A DNA stretch of 64,000 nt, taken from the NCBI GenBank assembly GCA_030390025.1, contig JASTWF010000349.1, positions 62,001 through 126,000 of the forward strand, read 5' to 3'. The position numbers and the translations under genes are program-made. Of this stretch, positions 47,773 through 61,412 are shown one piece after another (position 1 is the stretch's first letter; every line of letters begins with the position of its first letter). This DNA is from Squalus acanthias. Taxonomy: Eukaryota. The notes under the pieces are model-generated. The model did no database searches and was not told where the DNA came from. It was given only the letters and a program-made list of their open reading frames with translations.

Positions 47773-50700
47773 CCTCAGTACTTCACCTCCGACAGTGCAG
47801 CGCTCCCTCAGTAATGTCACTCCAAAAGTGCAGCGCTCCCTCAGTACTGCACCTCCGACAGTGCAGTGATCCTTTAGTAATGTCCCTCCGACAGTGCAGC
47901 ACTCCCTCAATACTGCCCCTCTGACAGTGCAGAGCTCCCTCAGTGATGTCCCTCCGACAGTGCAGCGCTCCCTCAGTACTGCCCCTCCGACAGTGCAGCG
48001 CTCCCTCAGTACTCCAACTCCAACAGTGCAGCGCTCCCTCAGCACTGCCCCCCCGACAGTGCAGCGCTCCCTCAGTACTGCCACTCCGACAGTGCAGCAA
48101 TCCCTCAGTACTGCCCCTCCGACAGTGCAGCGCTCCCTCAGTACTGCCCCTCTGACAGTGCAGCGCTCCCTCAGTACTGCCACTCCGACAGTGCAGCAAT
48201 CCCTCAGTACACCACCTCCGACAGTGTAGCGCTCCTTCAGTCCTGTCCCTCCGACAGTGCAGCGCTCCCTCAGTACTGCCCCTCCGACAGTGCAGCGCTT
48301 CCTCAGTACTGCCCCTCCAAAAGTGCAGCATTCCGTCAGTACTGCCCCCCCCCGACAATGCAGCGCTCCCTCAGTACTATCACTTCAACAGTGCAGCACT
48401 CCCTCAGATTCATCCCCCCGACAGTGCAGCGCTCCCTCAGCACTGCCCCCACGACAATGCAGCGCTCACTCAATACTGCCCCTCCGACAGTGCAGAGCTC
48501 CCTCAGTACTGCACCTCCGACAGTGCAGCGCTCCCTCAGTTTTGTCCCTCCGACAATGCAGCACTCAATCAATACTGCCCCTCCGACAGTGCAGCGCTCC
48601 CACAGCTCTGCCCCCCCGACAATGCAGCGCTCCCTCAGCACTGCCCCCCCTACAATGCAGCGCTCCCCCAGTACTGCTCTTCCGACAGTGCTGCACTCCC
48701 TCAGTACTGTCCCTCCGACAGTGCAGCACTCCCTCAGTACTGCCCCTCTGACAGTGCAGCACTCCCTCAGTACTGCACCTCCGACAGTGCTGCACTCCCT
48801 CAGTACTGCCCCTTCGACAGTGCAGCACTCCCTCAGTACTGCCCCTCCGACAGTGCAGCGCTCCCTCAGTACTGCACCTCCGACAGTGCTGCACTCCCTC
48901 AGTACTGCCCCTCCGTCTCTGCAGCCCTCCCTCAGTACTGTCCCTCCGACAGTGCAGTGCTCCCTCAGTACTGCCCCTCCGACAGTGCAGCGCTCCCTCA
49001 GCACTGCTCTTCCGACAGTGCTGCACTCCCTCAGTACTGTCCCTCCGACAGTGCAGCACTCCCTCAGTACTGCCCCTCTGACAGTGCAGCACTCCCTCAG
49101 TACTGCACCTCCGACAGTGCTGCACTCCCTCAGGACTGCCCCACCCCGATAGTGCAGCGCTCCCTCAGCACTGGCCCTCCGACAGTGCAGCACTCCCTCA
49201 GTACTGTACCTCCGACTATGCAACACTCCCTCAGTACTGCCCCCCCGACAGTGCAGCACTCCCTCAGTACTGTACCTCCGACTATGCAACACTCCCTCAG
49301 TACTGCCCCTCCGACAGTGCAGCGCTCCCTCAGTACTGCCCCTCCGACAGTGCAGCATTCCCTCAGTACTTTCCCTCCGACAGTGCAGCGCTCCCTCAGT
49401 ACTGCCCCTCCGACAGTGCAGCGCTTCCTCAGTACTGCCCCTCTGACAGTGCAGTGCTCCCTCAGTACTGCCCCTCCGACAGTGCAGCGCTCCCTCAGTA
49501 CTGCCACTCCGACAGTGCAGCAATCCCTCAGTACTGCCCCTCCGACAGTGCAGCGCTCCCTCAGTACTGCCCCTCCGACAGTGCAGCGCTCCCTCAGTAC
49601 TGCCACTCCGACAGTGCAGCAATCCCTCAGTACACCACCTCCGACAGTGTAGCGCTCCTTCAGTCCTGTCCCTCCGACAGAGCAGCGCTCCCTCAGTACT
49701 GCCCCTCCGACAGTGCAGCGCTTCCTCAGTACTGCCCCTCCAAAAGTGCAGCACTCCGTCAGTACTGCCCCCCCCGACAATGCAGCGCTCCCTCAGTACT
49801 ATCACTTCAACAGTGCAGCACTCCCTCAGATTCATCCCCCCGACAGTGCAGCGCTCCCTCAGCACTGCCCCCACGACAATGCAGCGCTCACTCAATACTG
49901 CCCCTCCGACAGTGCAGAGCTCCCTCAGTACTGCACCTCCGACAGTGCAGCGCTCCCTCAGTTTTGTCCCTCCGACAATGCAGCACTCAATCAATACTGC
50001 CCCTCCGACAGTGCAGCGCTCCCACAGCTCTGCCCCCCCGACAGTGCAGCGCTCCCTCAGCACTGCCCCCCCTACAATGCAGCGCTCCCCCAGTACTGCT
50101 CTTCCGACAGTGCTGCACTCCCTCAGTACTGTCCCTCCGACAGTGCAGCACTCCCTCAGTACTGCCCCTCTGACAGTGCAGCACTCCCTCAGTACTGCAC
50201 CTCCGACAGTGCTGCACTCCCTCAGTACTGCCCCTCCGACATTGCAGCACTCCCTCAGTACTGCCCCTCCGACAGTGCAGCGCTCCCTCAGTACTGCACC
50301 TCCGACAGTGCTGCACTCCCACAGTACTGCCCCTCCGTCTCTGCAGCCCTCCCTCAGTACTGTCCCTCCGACAGTGCAGTGCTCCCTCAGTACTGCCCCT
50401 CCGACAGTGCAGCGCTCCCTCAGGACTGCCCCACCCCGATAGTGCAGCGCTCCCTCAGCACTGGCCCTCCGACAGTGCAGCACTCTCTCAGTACTGACCC
50501 TCCGACTATGCAACACTCCCTCAGTACTGCCCCCCCGACAATGCAGCACTCCCTCAGTACTGTACCTCCGACTATGCAACAGTCCCTCAGTACTGCACCT
50601 CCGACAGTGCAGCGATCCTTCAGTAATGTCCCTCCGACAGTGCAGCACTCCCTCAATACTGCCCCTCTGACAGTGCAGAGCTCCCTCAGTGATGTCCCTC

Positions 50701-53700
50701 CGACAGTGCAGCGCTCCCTCAGTACTGCCCCTCCGACAGTGCAGCGCTCCCTCAGTACTCCAACTCCAACAGTGCAGCGCTCCCTCAGCACTGCCCCCCC
50801 GACAGTGCAGCGCTCCCTCAGTACTGCCACTCCGACAGTGCAGCAATCCCTCAGTACTGCCCCTCCGACAGTGCAGCGCTCCCTCAGTACTGCCCCTCTG
50901 ACAGTGCAGCGCTCCCTCAGTACTGCCACTCCGACAGTGCAGCAATCCCTCAGTACACCACCTCCGACAGTGTAGCGCTCCTTCAGTCCTGTCCCTCCGA
51001 CAGTGCAGCGCTCCCTCAGTACTGCCCCTCCGACAGTGCAGCGCTTCCTCAGTACTGCCCCTCCAAAAGTGCAGCATTCCGTCAGTACTGCCCCCCCCGA
51101 CAATGCAGCGCTCCCTCAGTACTATCACTTCAACAGTGCAGCACTCCCTCAGATTCATCCCCCCGACAGTGCAGCGCTCCCTCAGCACTGCCCCCACGAC
51201 AATGCAGCGCTCACTCAATACTGCCCCTCCGACAGTGCAGAGCTCCCTCAGTACTGCACCTCCGACAGTGCAGCGCTCCCTCAGTTTTGTCCCTCCGACA
51301 ATGCAGCACTCAATCAATACTGCCCCTCCGACAGTGCAGCGCTCCCACAGCTCTGCCCCCCCGACAATGCAGCGCTCCCTCAGCACTGCCCCCCCTACAA
51401 TGCAACGCTCCCCCAGTACTGCTCTTCCGACAGTGCTGCACTCCCTCAGTACTGTCCCTCCGACAGTGCAGCACTCCCTCAGTACTGCCCCTCTGACAGT
51501 GCAGCACTCCCTCAGTACTGCACCTCCGACAGTGCTGCACTCCCTCAGTACTGCCCCTCCGACAGTGCAGCACTCCCTCAGTACTGCCCCTCCGACAGTG
51601 CAGCGCTCCCTCAGTACTGCACCTCCGACAGTGCTGCACTCCCTCAGTACTGCCCCTCCGTCTCTGCAGCCCTCCCTCAGTACTGTCCCTCCGACAGTGC
51701 AGCGCTTCCTCAGTACTGCCCCTCTGACAGTGCAGTGCTCCCTCAGTACTGCCCCTCCGACAGTGCAGCGCTCCCTCAGTACTGCCACTCCGACAGTGCA
51801 GCAATCCCTCAGTACTGCCCCTCCGACAGTGCAGCGCTCCCTCAGTACTGCCCCTCCGACAGTGCAGCGCTCCCTCAGTACTGCCACTCCGACAGTGCAG
51901 CAATCCCTCAGTACACCACCTCCGACAGTGCAGCGCTCCCTCAGTACTGCCCCTCCGACAGTGCAGCGCTTCCTCAGTACTGCCCCTCCAAAAGTGCAGC
52001 ACTCCGTCAGTACTGCCCCCACCCGACAATGCAGCGCTCCCTCAGTACTATCACTTCAACAGTGCAGCACTCCCTCAGATTCATCCCCCCGACAGTGCAG
52101 CGCTCCCTCAGCACTGCCCCCACGACAATGCAGCGCTCACTCAATACTGCCCCTCCGACAGTGCAGAGCTCCCTCAGTACTGCACCTCCGACAGTGCAGC
52201 GCTCCCTCAGTTTTGTCCCTCCGACAATGCAGCACTCAATCAATACTGCCCCTCCGACAGTGCAGCGCTCCCACAGCTCTGCCCCCCCGACAGTGCAGCG
52301 CTCCCTCAGCACTGCCCCCCCTACAATGCAGCGCTCCCCCAGTACTGCTCTTCCGACAGTGCTGCACTCCCTCAGTACTGTCCCTCCGACAGTGCAGCAC
52401 ACCCTCAGTACTGCCCCTCTGACAGTGCAGCACTCCCTCAGTACTGCACCTCCGACAGTGCTGCACTCCCTCAGTACTGCCCCTCCGACAGTGCAGCACT
52501 CCCTCAGTACTGCCCCTCCGACAGTGCAGCGCTCCCTCAGTACTGCACCTCCGACAGTGCTGCACTCCCTCAGTACTGCCCCTCCGTCTCTGCAGCCCTC
52601 CCTCAGTACTGTCCCTCCGACAGTGCAGTGCTCCCTCAGTACTGCCCCTCCGACAGTGCAGCGCTCCCTCAGGACTGCCCCACCCCGATAGTGCAGCGCT
52701 CCCTCAGCACTGGCCCTCCGACAGTGCAGCACTCTCTCAGTACTGACCCTCCGACTATGCAACACTCCCTCAGTACTGCCCCCCCTACAATGCAGCGCTC
52801 CCCCAGTACTGCTCTTCCGACAGTGCTGCACTCCCTCAGTACTGTCCCTCCGACAGTGCAGCACACCCTCAGTACTGCCCCTCTGACAGTGCAGCACTCC
52901 CTCAGTACTGCACCTCCGACAGTGCTGCACTCCCTCAGTACTGCCCCTCCGACAGTGCAGCACTCCCTCAGTACTGCCCCTCCGACAGTGCAGCGCTCCC
53001 TCAGTACTGCACCTCCGACAGTGCTGCACTCCCTCAGTACTGCCCCTCCGTCTCTGCAGCCCTCCCTCAGTACTGTCCCTCCGACAGTGCAGTGCTCCCT
53101 CAGTACTGCCCCTCCGACAGTGCAGCGCTCCCTCAGGACTGCCCCACCCCGATAGTGCAGCGCTCCCTCAGCACTGGCCCTCCGACAGTGCAGCACTCTC
53201 TCAGTACTGACCCTCCGACTATGCAACACTCCCTCAGTACTGCCCCCCCGACAGTGCAGCACTCCCTCAGTACTGTACCTCCGACTATGCAACAGTCCCT
53301 CAGTACTGCCCCTCCGACAGTGCAGCGCTCCCTCAGTACTGCCCCTCCGACAGTGCAGCATTCCCTCAGTACTTTCCCTCCGACAGTGCAGCGCTCCCTC
53401 AGTACTTCACCTCCGACTGTGCTGCAGTCCCGCCTTACTGCCCCTCCGACAGTGCAACACTCCCTCAGTACTGTCCCTCCGACAGTGCAGCGCTCCCTCA
53501 GTACTGCCCCTCCGACAGTGCAACACTCCCTCAGTACTGTCCCTCCGACAGTGCAGCGCTCCCTCAGTACTGTCCCTCCGACTGAAACACTCCCTCAGTA
53601 CTGCCCCTCCGACAGTGCAACACTCCCTCAGTACTGCCCCCCCGACAGTGCAGCACTCCCTCAGTACTGTCCCTCCGACTAGTGCAGCGCTCCCTCAGTA

Positions 53701-56700
53701 CTGCCCCTCCGACAGTGCAGCAATCCCTCAGTACAGTCCCTCCGACAGTGCAGCAATCCCTCAGTACACCACCTCCGACAGTGCAGCGCTCCCTCAGTAC
53801 TGCCCCTCCGACAGTGTAGCGCTCCCTCAGCACTGCCCCCACGACAATGCAGCGCTCACTCAATACTGCCCCTCCGACAGTGCAGAGCTCCATCAGTACT
53901 GCACCTCCGACAGTGCAGCGCTCCCTCAGTTTTGTCCCTCCGACAATGCAGCACTCAATCAATACAGCCCCTCCGACAGTGCAGCGCTCCCACAGCTCTG
54001 CCCCCCCGACAGTGCAGCGCTCCCTCAGCACTGCCCCCCCTACAATGCAGCGCTCCCCCAGTACTGCTCTTCCGACAGTGCTGCACTCCCTCAGTACTGC
54101 ACCTCCAACAGAGCTGCACTCCCTCAGTACTGCCCCTCCGTTTCTGCAGCCCTCCCTCAGTACTCTCCCTCCGACAGTGCAGTGCTCCCTCAGTACTGCC
54201 CCTCCGACAGTGCAGCATTCCCTCAGTACTCTCCCTCCGACAGTGCAGCCCTCTCTCAGTACTGTCCCTCCGACAGTGCAACACTCCCTCAGTACTGTCC
54301 CTCCGACAGTGCAGCGCTCCCTCAGTACTGTCCCTCCGACTGAAACACTCCCTCAGTACTGCCCCTCCGACAGTGCAACACTCCCTCAGTACTGCCCCCC
54401 CGACAGTGCAGCACTCCCTCAGTACTGTCCCTCCGACAGTGCAGCGCTCCCTCAGTACTGCCCCTCCGACAGTGCAGCAATCCCTCCGTACACCACCTCC
54501 GACAGTGCAGCGCTGCCTCAGTACTGCCCCTCCGACAGTGTAGCGCTCCCTCAATACTGGCCCTCCGACAGTGCAGCACTTCCTCAGTACTGCCCCTACG
54601 ACAGTGCAGCGCTCCCTCAGTACTGCCACCCCGACAGTGCAGCGCTCCCTCAGTTTCGTCCCTCCGACAGTGCAGCCCTCCCTCAGTACTGGCCTTCCGA
54701 CAGTGCAGCGCTAACTCAGCACTGCCCCCCCGACAGTGCAGCGCTCCCTCAGTACTGCCCCTCCGACAGTGCAGCACTCCCTCAGTTTTGTCCCTCCGAC
54801 AGTGCAGCACTCACTCAAGACTGCCCTTCCGACAATGCAGCACTCCCTCAGTACTGCTCCTCCGACAGTGCAGCACTCCCTCAGTACTGCACCTCCGAAA
54901 GTGCAGCGCTCCCTCAGTACTGCACCTCCGACACTGCGGCGCTCCCTCAGTACTGCACCTCCGACAGTGCTGCACTCCCTCAGTACTGTCCCTCCGACAG
55001 TGCAGCACTCCCTCAGTACTGCCCCTCTGACAGTGCAGCACTCATTCAGTACTGCAACTCCGACAGTGCTGCACTCCCTCAGTACTGCACCTCCGACAGT
55101 GCTGCACTCCCTCAGTACTGCACCTCCGACAGTGCTGCACTCCCTCAGTACTGTCCCTCCGACAGTGCAGCACTCCCTCAGTACTGCACCTCCGACAGTG
55201 CTGCACTCCCTCAGTACTGCACCTCCGACAGTGCTGCACTCCCTCAGTACTGCACCTCCGACAGTGCTGCACTCCCTCAGTACTGCACCTCCGACAGTGC
55301 TGCACTCCCTCAGTACTGTCCCTCCGACAGTGCAGCGCTCCCTCAGTACTGCACCTCCGACAATGCAGCACTCCCTCAGTAATGTCACTCCAAAAGTGCA
55401 GCGCTCCCTCAGCACTGGCCCTCCGACAGTGCAGCGCTCCCTCAGTACTGCACCTCCGACAGTGCAGCGCTCCCTCAGTGCTGCCCCTCCGACATTGCAG
55501 CACACCCTTAGTACTGCCCCTCCGACAGTGCAGCACACCCTTAGTACTGCCCCTCCGACAGTGCAGCGCTCCCTCAGTTTTGTCCCTCCGACAGTGCAGC
55601 ACTCCCTCAGTACTGCCCCTCTGACAGTGCAGCCCTCCCTCAGCACTGTCTGTCCGACACAAACACTCCCTCAGTACTGCACCTCCGACACAAACTCTCC
55701 CTCAGTGCTGCACCTCCGACAGCGCAACACTCCCTCAGTCGTGCCCCCCGACACTACAGCGCTACCTCAGTACTGCACCCCCAGACAATGCAACACTCCC
55801 GCAGTACTGCTCCTCCGACAGTGCAGCACTCCCTCAGTACTGCCCCTCTGACAGTGCAGCCCTCCCTCAGTGATGTCTCTCCGACAGTGCAGTGCTCCCT
55901 CAGTACTGCCCCCTCGACATTGCAACATTCTCCCAGTACTCCAACTCCAACAGTGCAGCGCTCCCTCAGCACTGGCCCTCCGACAGTGCAGCGCTCCCTC
56001 AGCACTGCACCTCCGACAGTGCTGCACTCCCTCAGTACTGTCCCTCCGACAGTGCAGCACTCCCTCAGTACTGCCCCTCTGACAGTGCAGCGCTCCCTCA
56101 GTACTGCACCTCCGACAGTGCTGCACTCCCTCAGTACTGTCCCCCTGACAGTGCAGCCCACCCTCAGTACTGTCCCTCCGACAGTGCAGTGCTCCCTCAG
56201 TACTGCCCCTCTGACAGTGCAGCGCTCCCTCAGTACTGTCCCTCCGACAGTGCAACTCTCCTTCAGTGCTACACCTCCGACAGTGCAGCGCTCCCTCAGT
56301 ACTGCCCCTCCGACAGTGCAGCACTCCCTCAGTACTGCCCCTCCGACAGTGCAGCACTCCCTCAGTACTGTAACTCCGACATTGCAACATTCCCCCTGTA
56401 CTCCAACTCCGACAGTGCAGCGCTCCCTCAGTACTTTCCCTCCGACAGTGCAACACTCCCTCAGTGCTACACCTCCTACAGTGCAGCGCTCCGTCAGTAC
56501 TGTCCCTCCGACAGTGCAGCGCTCCCTCAATACTGGCCCTCCGACAGTGCAGCACTCCCTCAGTACTACCCCCCCGACAGTGCAGCGCTCCCTCAGTACT
56601 GCACCTCCGACAGTGCAGCGCTCCCTCAGTAATGTCACTCCAAATGTGCAGCGCTCCCTCAGTACTGCCCCTCCGACAGTGCAGCACTCCCTTAGTACTG

Positions 56701-59700
56701 CCCCTCCGACAGTGCAGCCCTCCCTCAGTACTGTCTGTCCGACACAAACACTCCCTCAGTACTGCACCTCCGACACAAACACTCCCTCAGTACTGCACCT
56801 CCGACAGCGCAGCACTCCCTCAGTACTGCCACTCCGACAGTGCAGCGCTCCCTCACTTTTGTCCCTCCGAAAGTGCAGCACTCCCTCAGTACTGCCCCTC
56901 TGACAGTGCAGCCCTCCCTCAGTACTGTCCCTCCGACAGTGCAACACTCCCTCAGTACTGCCCCTCCGACAGTGCAGCAATCCCTCAGTACTGCCCCTCC
57001 GACAGTGCAGCGCTCCCTCAGCACTGGCCCTCCGACAGTGCAACACTCCCTCAGTACTGCCCCTCCGACAGTGCAGCTCTCCCTCAGTACTGTCCCTCCG
57101 ACAGTGCAACACTCCCTCAGTACTGCCCCTCCGACAGTGCAGCAATCCCTCAGTACTGCCCCTCCGACAGTGCAGCGCTCCCTCAGCACTGGCCCTCCGA
57201 CAGTGCAGCGCTCCCTCAGTACTGCACCTCCGACAGTGCAGCGATCTCTCAGTACTGCACCTCCGACAGTGCAGCACTCCCTCAGTACTTCCCCTCTGAC
57301 AGTGCAGCCCTCCCTCAGTGCTGTCCCTCCGACAGTGCAGTGCTCCCTCAGTTCTGCCCCCCCGACAGTGCAGCACTCCCTCAGTACTGTCCCTCCGACT
57401 GTGCAACACTCCCTCAGTACTGCCAGTCCGACAGTGCAGCGCTCCCTCAGTACTGCCCCTCCGACAGTGCAACACTCCCTCAGTACTGCACCTCCGACAG
57501 TGCAACACTCCCTCAGTACTGCACTTCCGACAGTGCAGCGCTCCCTCAGCACTGCCCCCCCCCCAAAATGCAACACTCCTCAGTACTGCACCTCCGACAG
57601 TGCAGCGCTCCCTCAGTACTGCTCCTCCGACAGTGCAGCACTCCCTCAGTACTGCACCTCCGACAGTGCTGCACTCCCTCAGTACTGTCCCTCCGACAGC
57701 GCAACACTCCCTCAGTCGTGCCCCCCGACACTTCAGCGCTACCTCAGTACTGCACCCCCCGACAATGCAACACTCCCTCAGTACTGCTCCTCCGACAGTG
57801 CTGCACTCCCTCAGTAATGTCCCTCCGACAGTGCAGCACTCCCTCAGTACTGCCCCTCCGACAGTGCAGCGCTCCCGCAGTCCTGCCCCCCCGACAGTGC
57901 AGCACTCCCTCATTACTGTCCCTCCGACTGTGCAACACTCCCTCAATACTGCCCCTCCGACATTGCAGCGCTCCCTCAGTAGTACACCTCCGACAGTGCT
58001 GCATCCCTCAGTACTGCCCCTCCGACAGTGCAGCAATCCCTCAGTACACCACCTTTGACAGTGCAGCGCTCCCTCAGTACTGCCCCTCCGACAGTGCAGC
58101 ACTCCCTCAGTACTGCCCCTCTGACAGTGCAGCATTCCCTCAGTACTCTCCCTCCGACAGTGCAGCCCTCTCTCAGTACTGTCCCTCCGACAGTGCAGCC
58201 CTCCCTCAGTATTGTCCCTCCGACAGTGCAACACTCCCTAAGTACTGCCCCCCCGACAGTGCAGCACTCCCTCAGTACTGTCCCTCCGACTGGGCAACAC
58301 TCCCTCAGTACTGCCCCTCCAACAGTGCAGCTCTCCTTCAGTACTGCCCCTCCGACAGTGCAGCCCTCACTCAGTACTGTCCCTCCGACAGTGCCACACT
58401 CCCTCAGTACTACAACTCCGACAGTGCAGCACTCCCTCAGTACTGCCCCTCCGACAGTGCAGCGCTCCCTCAGTACTGCCCATCCGACAGTGCAGCCCTC
58501 CCTCAGTACTGTCCCTCCGACAGTGCCACACTCCCTCAGTACTGCCCTTCCGACAGTGCAGTGCTCCCTCTGTACTGGCCCCTCGACATTGCAACATTCC
58601 CCCAGTACTCCACCTCCGACAAAGCAGCGCTCCCTCAGTACTGCACCTCCGACAGTACAGCGCTCCCTCAGTACTGTCCCTCTGACAGTGCAACACTCCC
58701 TCAGTACAGCCCCCCTGACAGTGCAGCACTCCCTCAGTACTGTCCCTCCGACAGTGCAACACTCCCTCAGTACTGCCCCTCCGACAGTGCAGCATTCCCT
58801 CAGTACTCTCCCTCCGACAGTGTAGCGCTCTCTCAGTACTGTCCCTCCGACAGTGCAGCCCTCCCTCAGTACTGCCCCTCTGACAGTGCAGCACTCCCTC
58901 AGTACTGCCCCTCCGACAGTGCAGCACTCCCTCAGTACTGCCCCTCCGACAGTGCAGCGCTCCCTCAGTACTGCCTCTCTAACAGTGCAGCACTCCCTCA
59001 GTACTGCCCCTCCGACAGTGCAGCGCTCCCTCAGTACTGCCTCTCTAACAGTGCAGCACTCCCTCAGTACTGCCCCTCTGACAGTGCAGCCCTCCCTCAG
59101 TACTGTCTGTCCGACACAAACACTCCCTCAGTACTGCACCTCCGACAGTGCAGCACTCCCTCAGTACTGTCCCTCCGACAGTGCAACACTCCCTCAGTAC
59201 TGCCCCTCCGACAGTGCAGCAATCCCTCAGTACTGCCCCTCCGACAGTGCAGCGCTCCCTCAGCACTGGCCCTCCGACAGTGCAGCGCTCCCTCAGTACT
59301 GCACCTCCGACAGTGCAGCGATCTCTCAGTACTGCACCTCCGACAGTGCAGCACTCCCTCAGTACTTCCCCTCTGACAGTGCAGCCCTCCCTCAGCGCTG
59401 TCCCTCCGACAGTGCAGTGCTCCCTCAGTTCTGCCCCCCCGACAGTGCAGCACTCCCTCAGTACTGTCCCTCCGACTGTGCAACACTCCCTCAGTACTGC
59501 CAGTCCGACAGTGCAGCGCTCCCTCAGTACTGCCCCTCCGACAGTGCAACACTCCCTCAGTACTGCACCTCCGACAGTGCAACACTCCCTCAGTACTGCA
59601 CTTCCGACAGTGCAGCGCTCCCTCAGCACTGCCCCCCCCCCAAAATGCAACACTCCTCAGTACTGCACCTCCGACAGTGCAGCGCTCCCTCAGTACTGCT

Positions 59701-61315
59701 CCTCCAACAGTGCAGCACTCCCTCAGTACTGCACCTCCGACAGTGCTGCACTCCCTCAGTACTGTCCCTCCGACAGCGCAACACTCCCTCAGTCGTGCCC
59801 CCCGACACTACAGCGCTACCTCAGTACTGCACCCCCCGACAATGCAACACTCCCTCAGTACTGCTCCTCCGACAGTGCTGCACTCCCTCAGTAATGTCCC
59901 TCCGACAGTGCAGCACTCCCTCAGTACTGCCCCTCCGACAGTGCAGCGCTCCCGCAGTACTGCCCCCCCGACAGTGCAGCACTCCCTCATTACTGTCCCT
60001 CCGACTGTGCAACACTCCCTCAATACTGCCCCTCCGACATTGCAGCGCTCCCTCAGTAGTACACCTCCGACAGTGCTGCATCCCTCAGTACTGCCCCTCC
60101 GACAGTGCAGCAATCCCTCAGTACACCACCTTTGACAGTGCAGCGCTCCCTCAATACTGCCCCTCCGACAGTGCAGCACTCCCTCAGTACTGCCCCTCCG
60201 ACAGTGCAGCATTCCCTCAGTACTCTCCCTCCGACAGTGCAGCCCTCTCTCAGTACTGTCCCTCCGACAGTGCAGCCCTCCCTCAGTATTGTCCCTCCGA
60301 CAGTGCAACACTCCCTCAGTACTGCCCCCCCGACAGTGCAGCACTCCCTCAGTACTGTCCCTCCGACTGGGCAACACTCCCTCAGTACTGCCCCTCCAAC
60401 AGTGCAGCTCTCCTTCAGTACTGCCCCTCCGACAGTGCAGCCCTCACTCAGTACTGTCCCTCCGACAGTGCCACACTCCCTCAGTACTACAACTCCGACA
60501 GTGCAGCACTCCCTCAGTACTGCCCCTCCGACAGTGCAGCGCTCCCTCAGTACTGCCCATCCGACAGTGCAGCCCTCCCTCAGTACTGTCCCTCCGACAG
60601 TGCCACACTCCCTCAGTACTGCCCTTCCGACAGTGCAGTGCTCCCTCTGTACTGGCCCCTCGACATTGCAACATTCCCCCAGTACTCCACCTCCGACAAT
60701 GCAGCGCTCCCTCAGTACTGCACCTCCGACAGTACAGCGCTCCCTCAGTACTGTCCCTCTGACAGTGCAACACTCCCTCAGTACAGCCCCCCCGACAGTG
60801 CAGCATTCCCTCAGTACTCTCCCTCCGACAGTGTAGCGCTCTCTCAGTACTGTCCCTCCGACAGTGCAGCCCTCCCTCAGTACTGCCCCTCTGACAGTGC
60901 AGCACTCCCTCAGTACTGCCCCTCCGACAGTGCAGCACTCCCTCAGTACTGCCCCTCCGACAGTGCAGCGCTCCCTCAGTACTGCCTCTCTAACAGTGCA
61001 GCACTCCCTCAGTACTGCCCCTCCGACAGTGCAGCGCTCCCTCAGTACTGCCTCTCTAACAGTGCAGCACTCCCTCAGTACTGCCCCTCCGACAGTGCAG
61101 CGCTCCCTCAGTACTGCCTCTCTAACAGTGCGGCGCTCCCTCAGTACTGCCCCTCCGACAGTGCAGCACTTCCTCAGTACTGCCACTCCGACAGTGCAGC
61201 GCTCCCTCAGTACTACACCTCCGACAGTGCCGCACTCCCTCAGTACTGCCCCTCGACAGTGCCGCACTCCCTCAGTACTGCCCCTCCGACAGTGCAGCAC
61301 TCCCTCAGTACTGCA

Positions 61316-61412
61316 CTGGAGTGTCAGCCTAGATTATGTGTTCACGTCCCTGGATTGCGGCTTGAATTCCTGACCTTCTGACTCAGAGGGGAGATTGATA
61401 CCAATGAGCCGT
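61316..61412 (-). mobile_element. tRNA-derived 5' head of the SINE from which the 33-bp satellite emerges
   Basis: Minus strand GGCTCATTGG (A-box-like)..CTCTGAGTCAGAAGGTCAGGAATTCAAGCC (B-box-like)..ATCTAGGCTGACACTCCAGTGCAGTACTGAGGGAG, reading directly into the repeat monomer. Confidence 0.8.

Larger units (their letters stand above)
20969..61315. repeat. 33-bp tandem satellite (CCTCCGACAGTGCAGCRCTCCCTCAGTACTGCC), roughly 1,080 monomers, interrupted by an LTR element and an assembly gap
   Basis: Continuous 33-nt periodicity in one orientation; diverged monomers; kb-scale higher-order duplications. Confidence 0.98.

Noticed and set aside
20969..61315. CRISPR-like array (33-bp partly palindromic repeat)
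   Set aside because: Monomers are head-to-tail with no unique spacers, there are no cas genes, and the context is vertebrate.
20777..61381. Mucin-like or Cys-rich ORFs (STAPPTVQRSL, PQYCPSDSAAL, LRERCTVGGAV; up to 1228 aa)
   Set aside because: Products of a 33-bp stop-poor satellite that is open in most frames, with frequent frame-switching indels.
61340..61412. Functional tRNA gene
   Set aside because: Degenerate A/B boxes, no convincing cloverleaf, and continuous with SINE body sequence.
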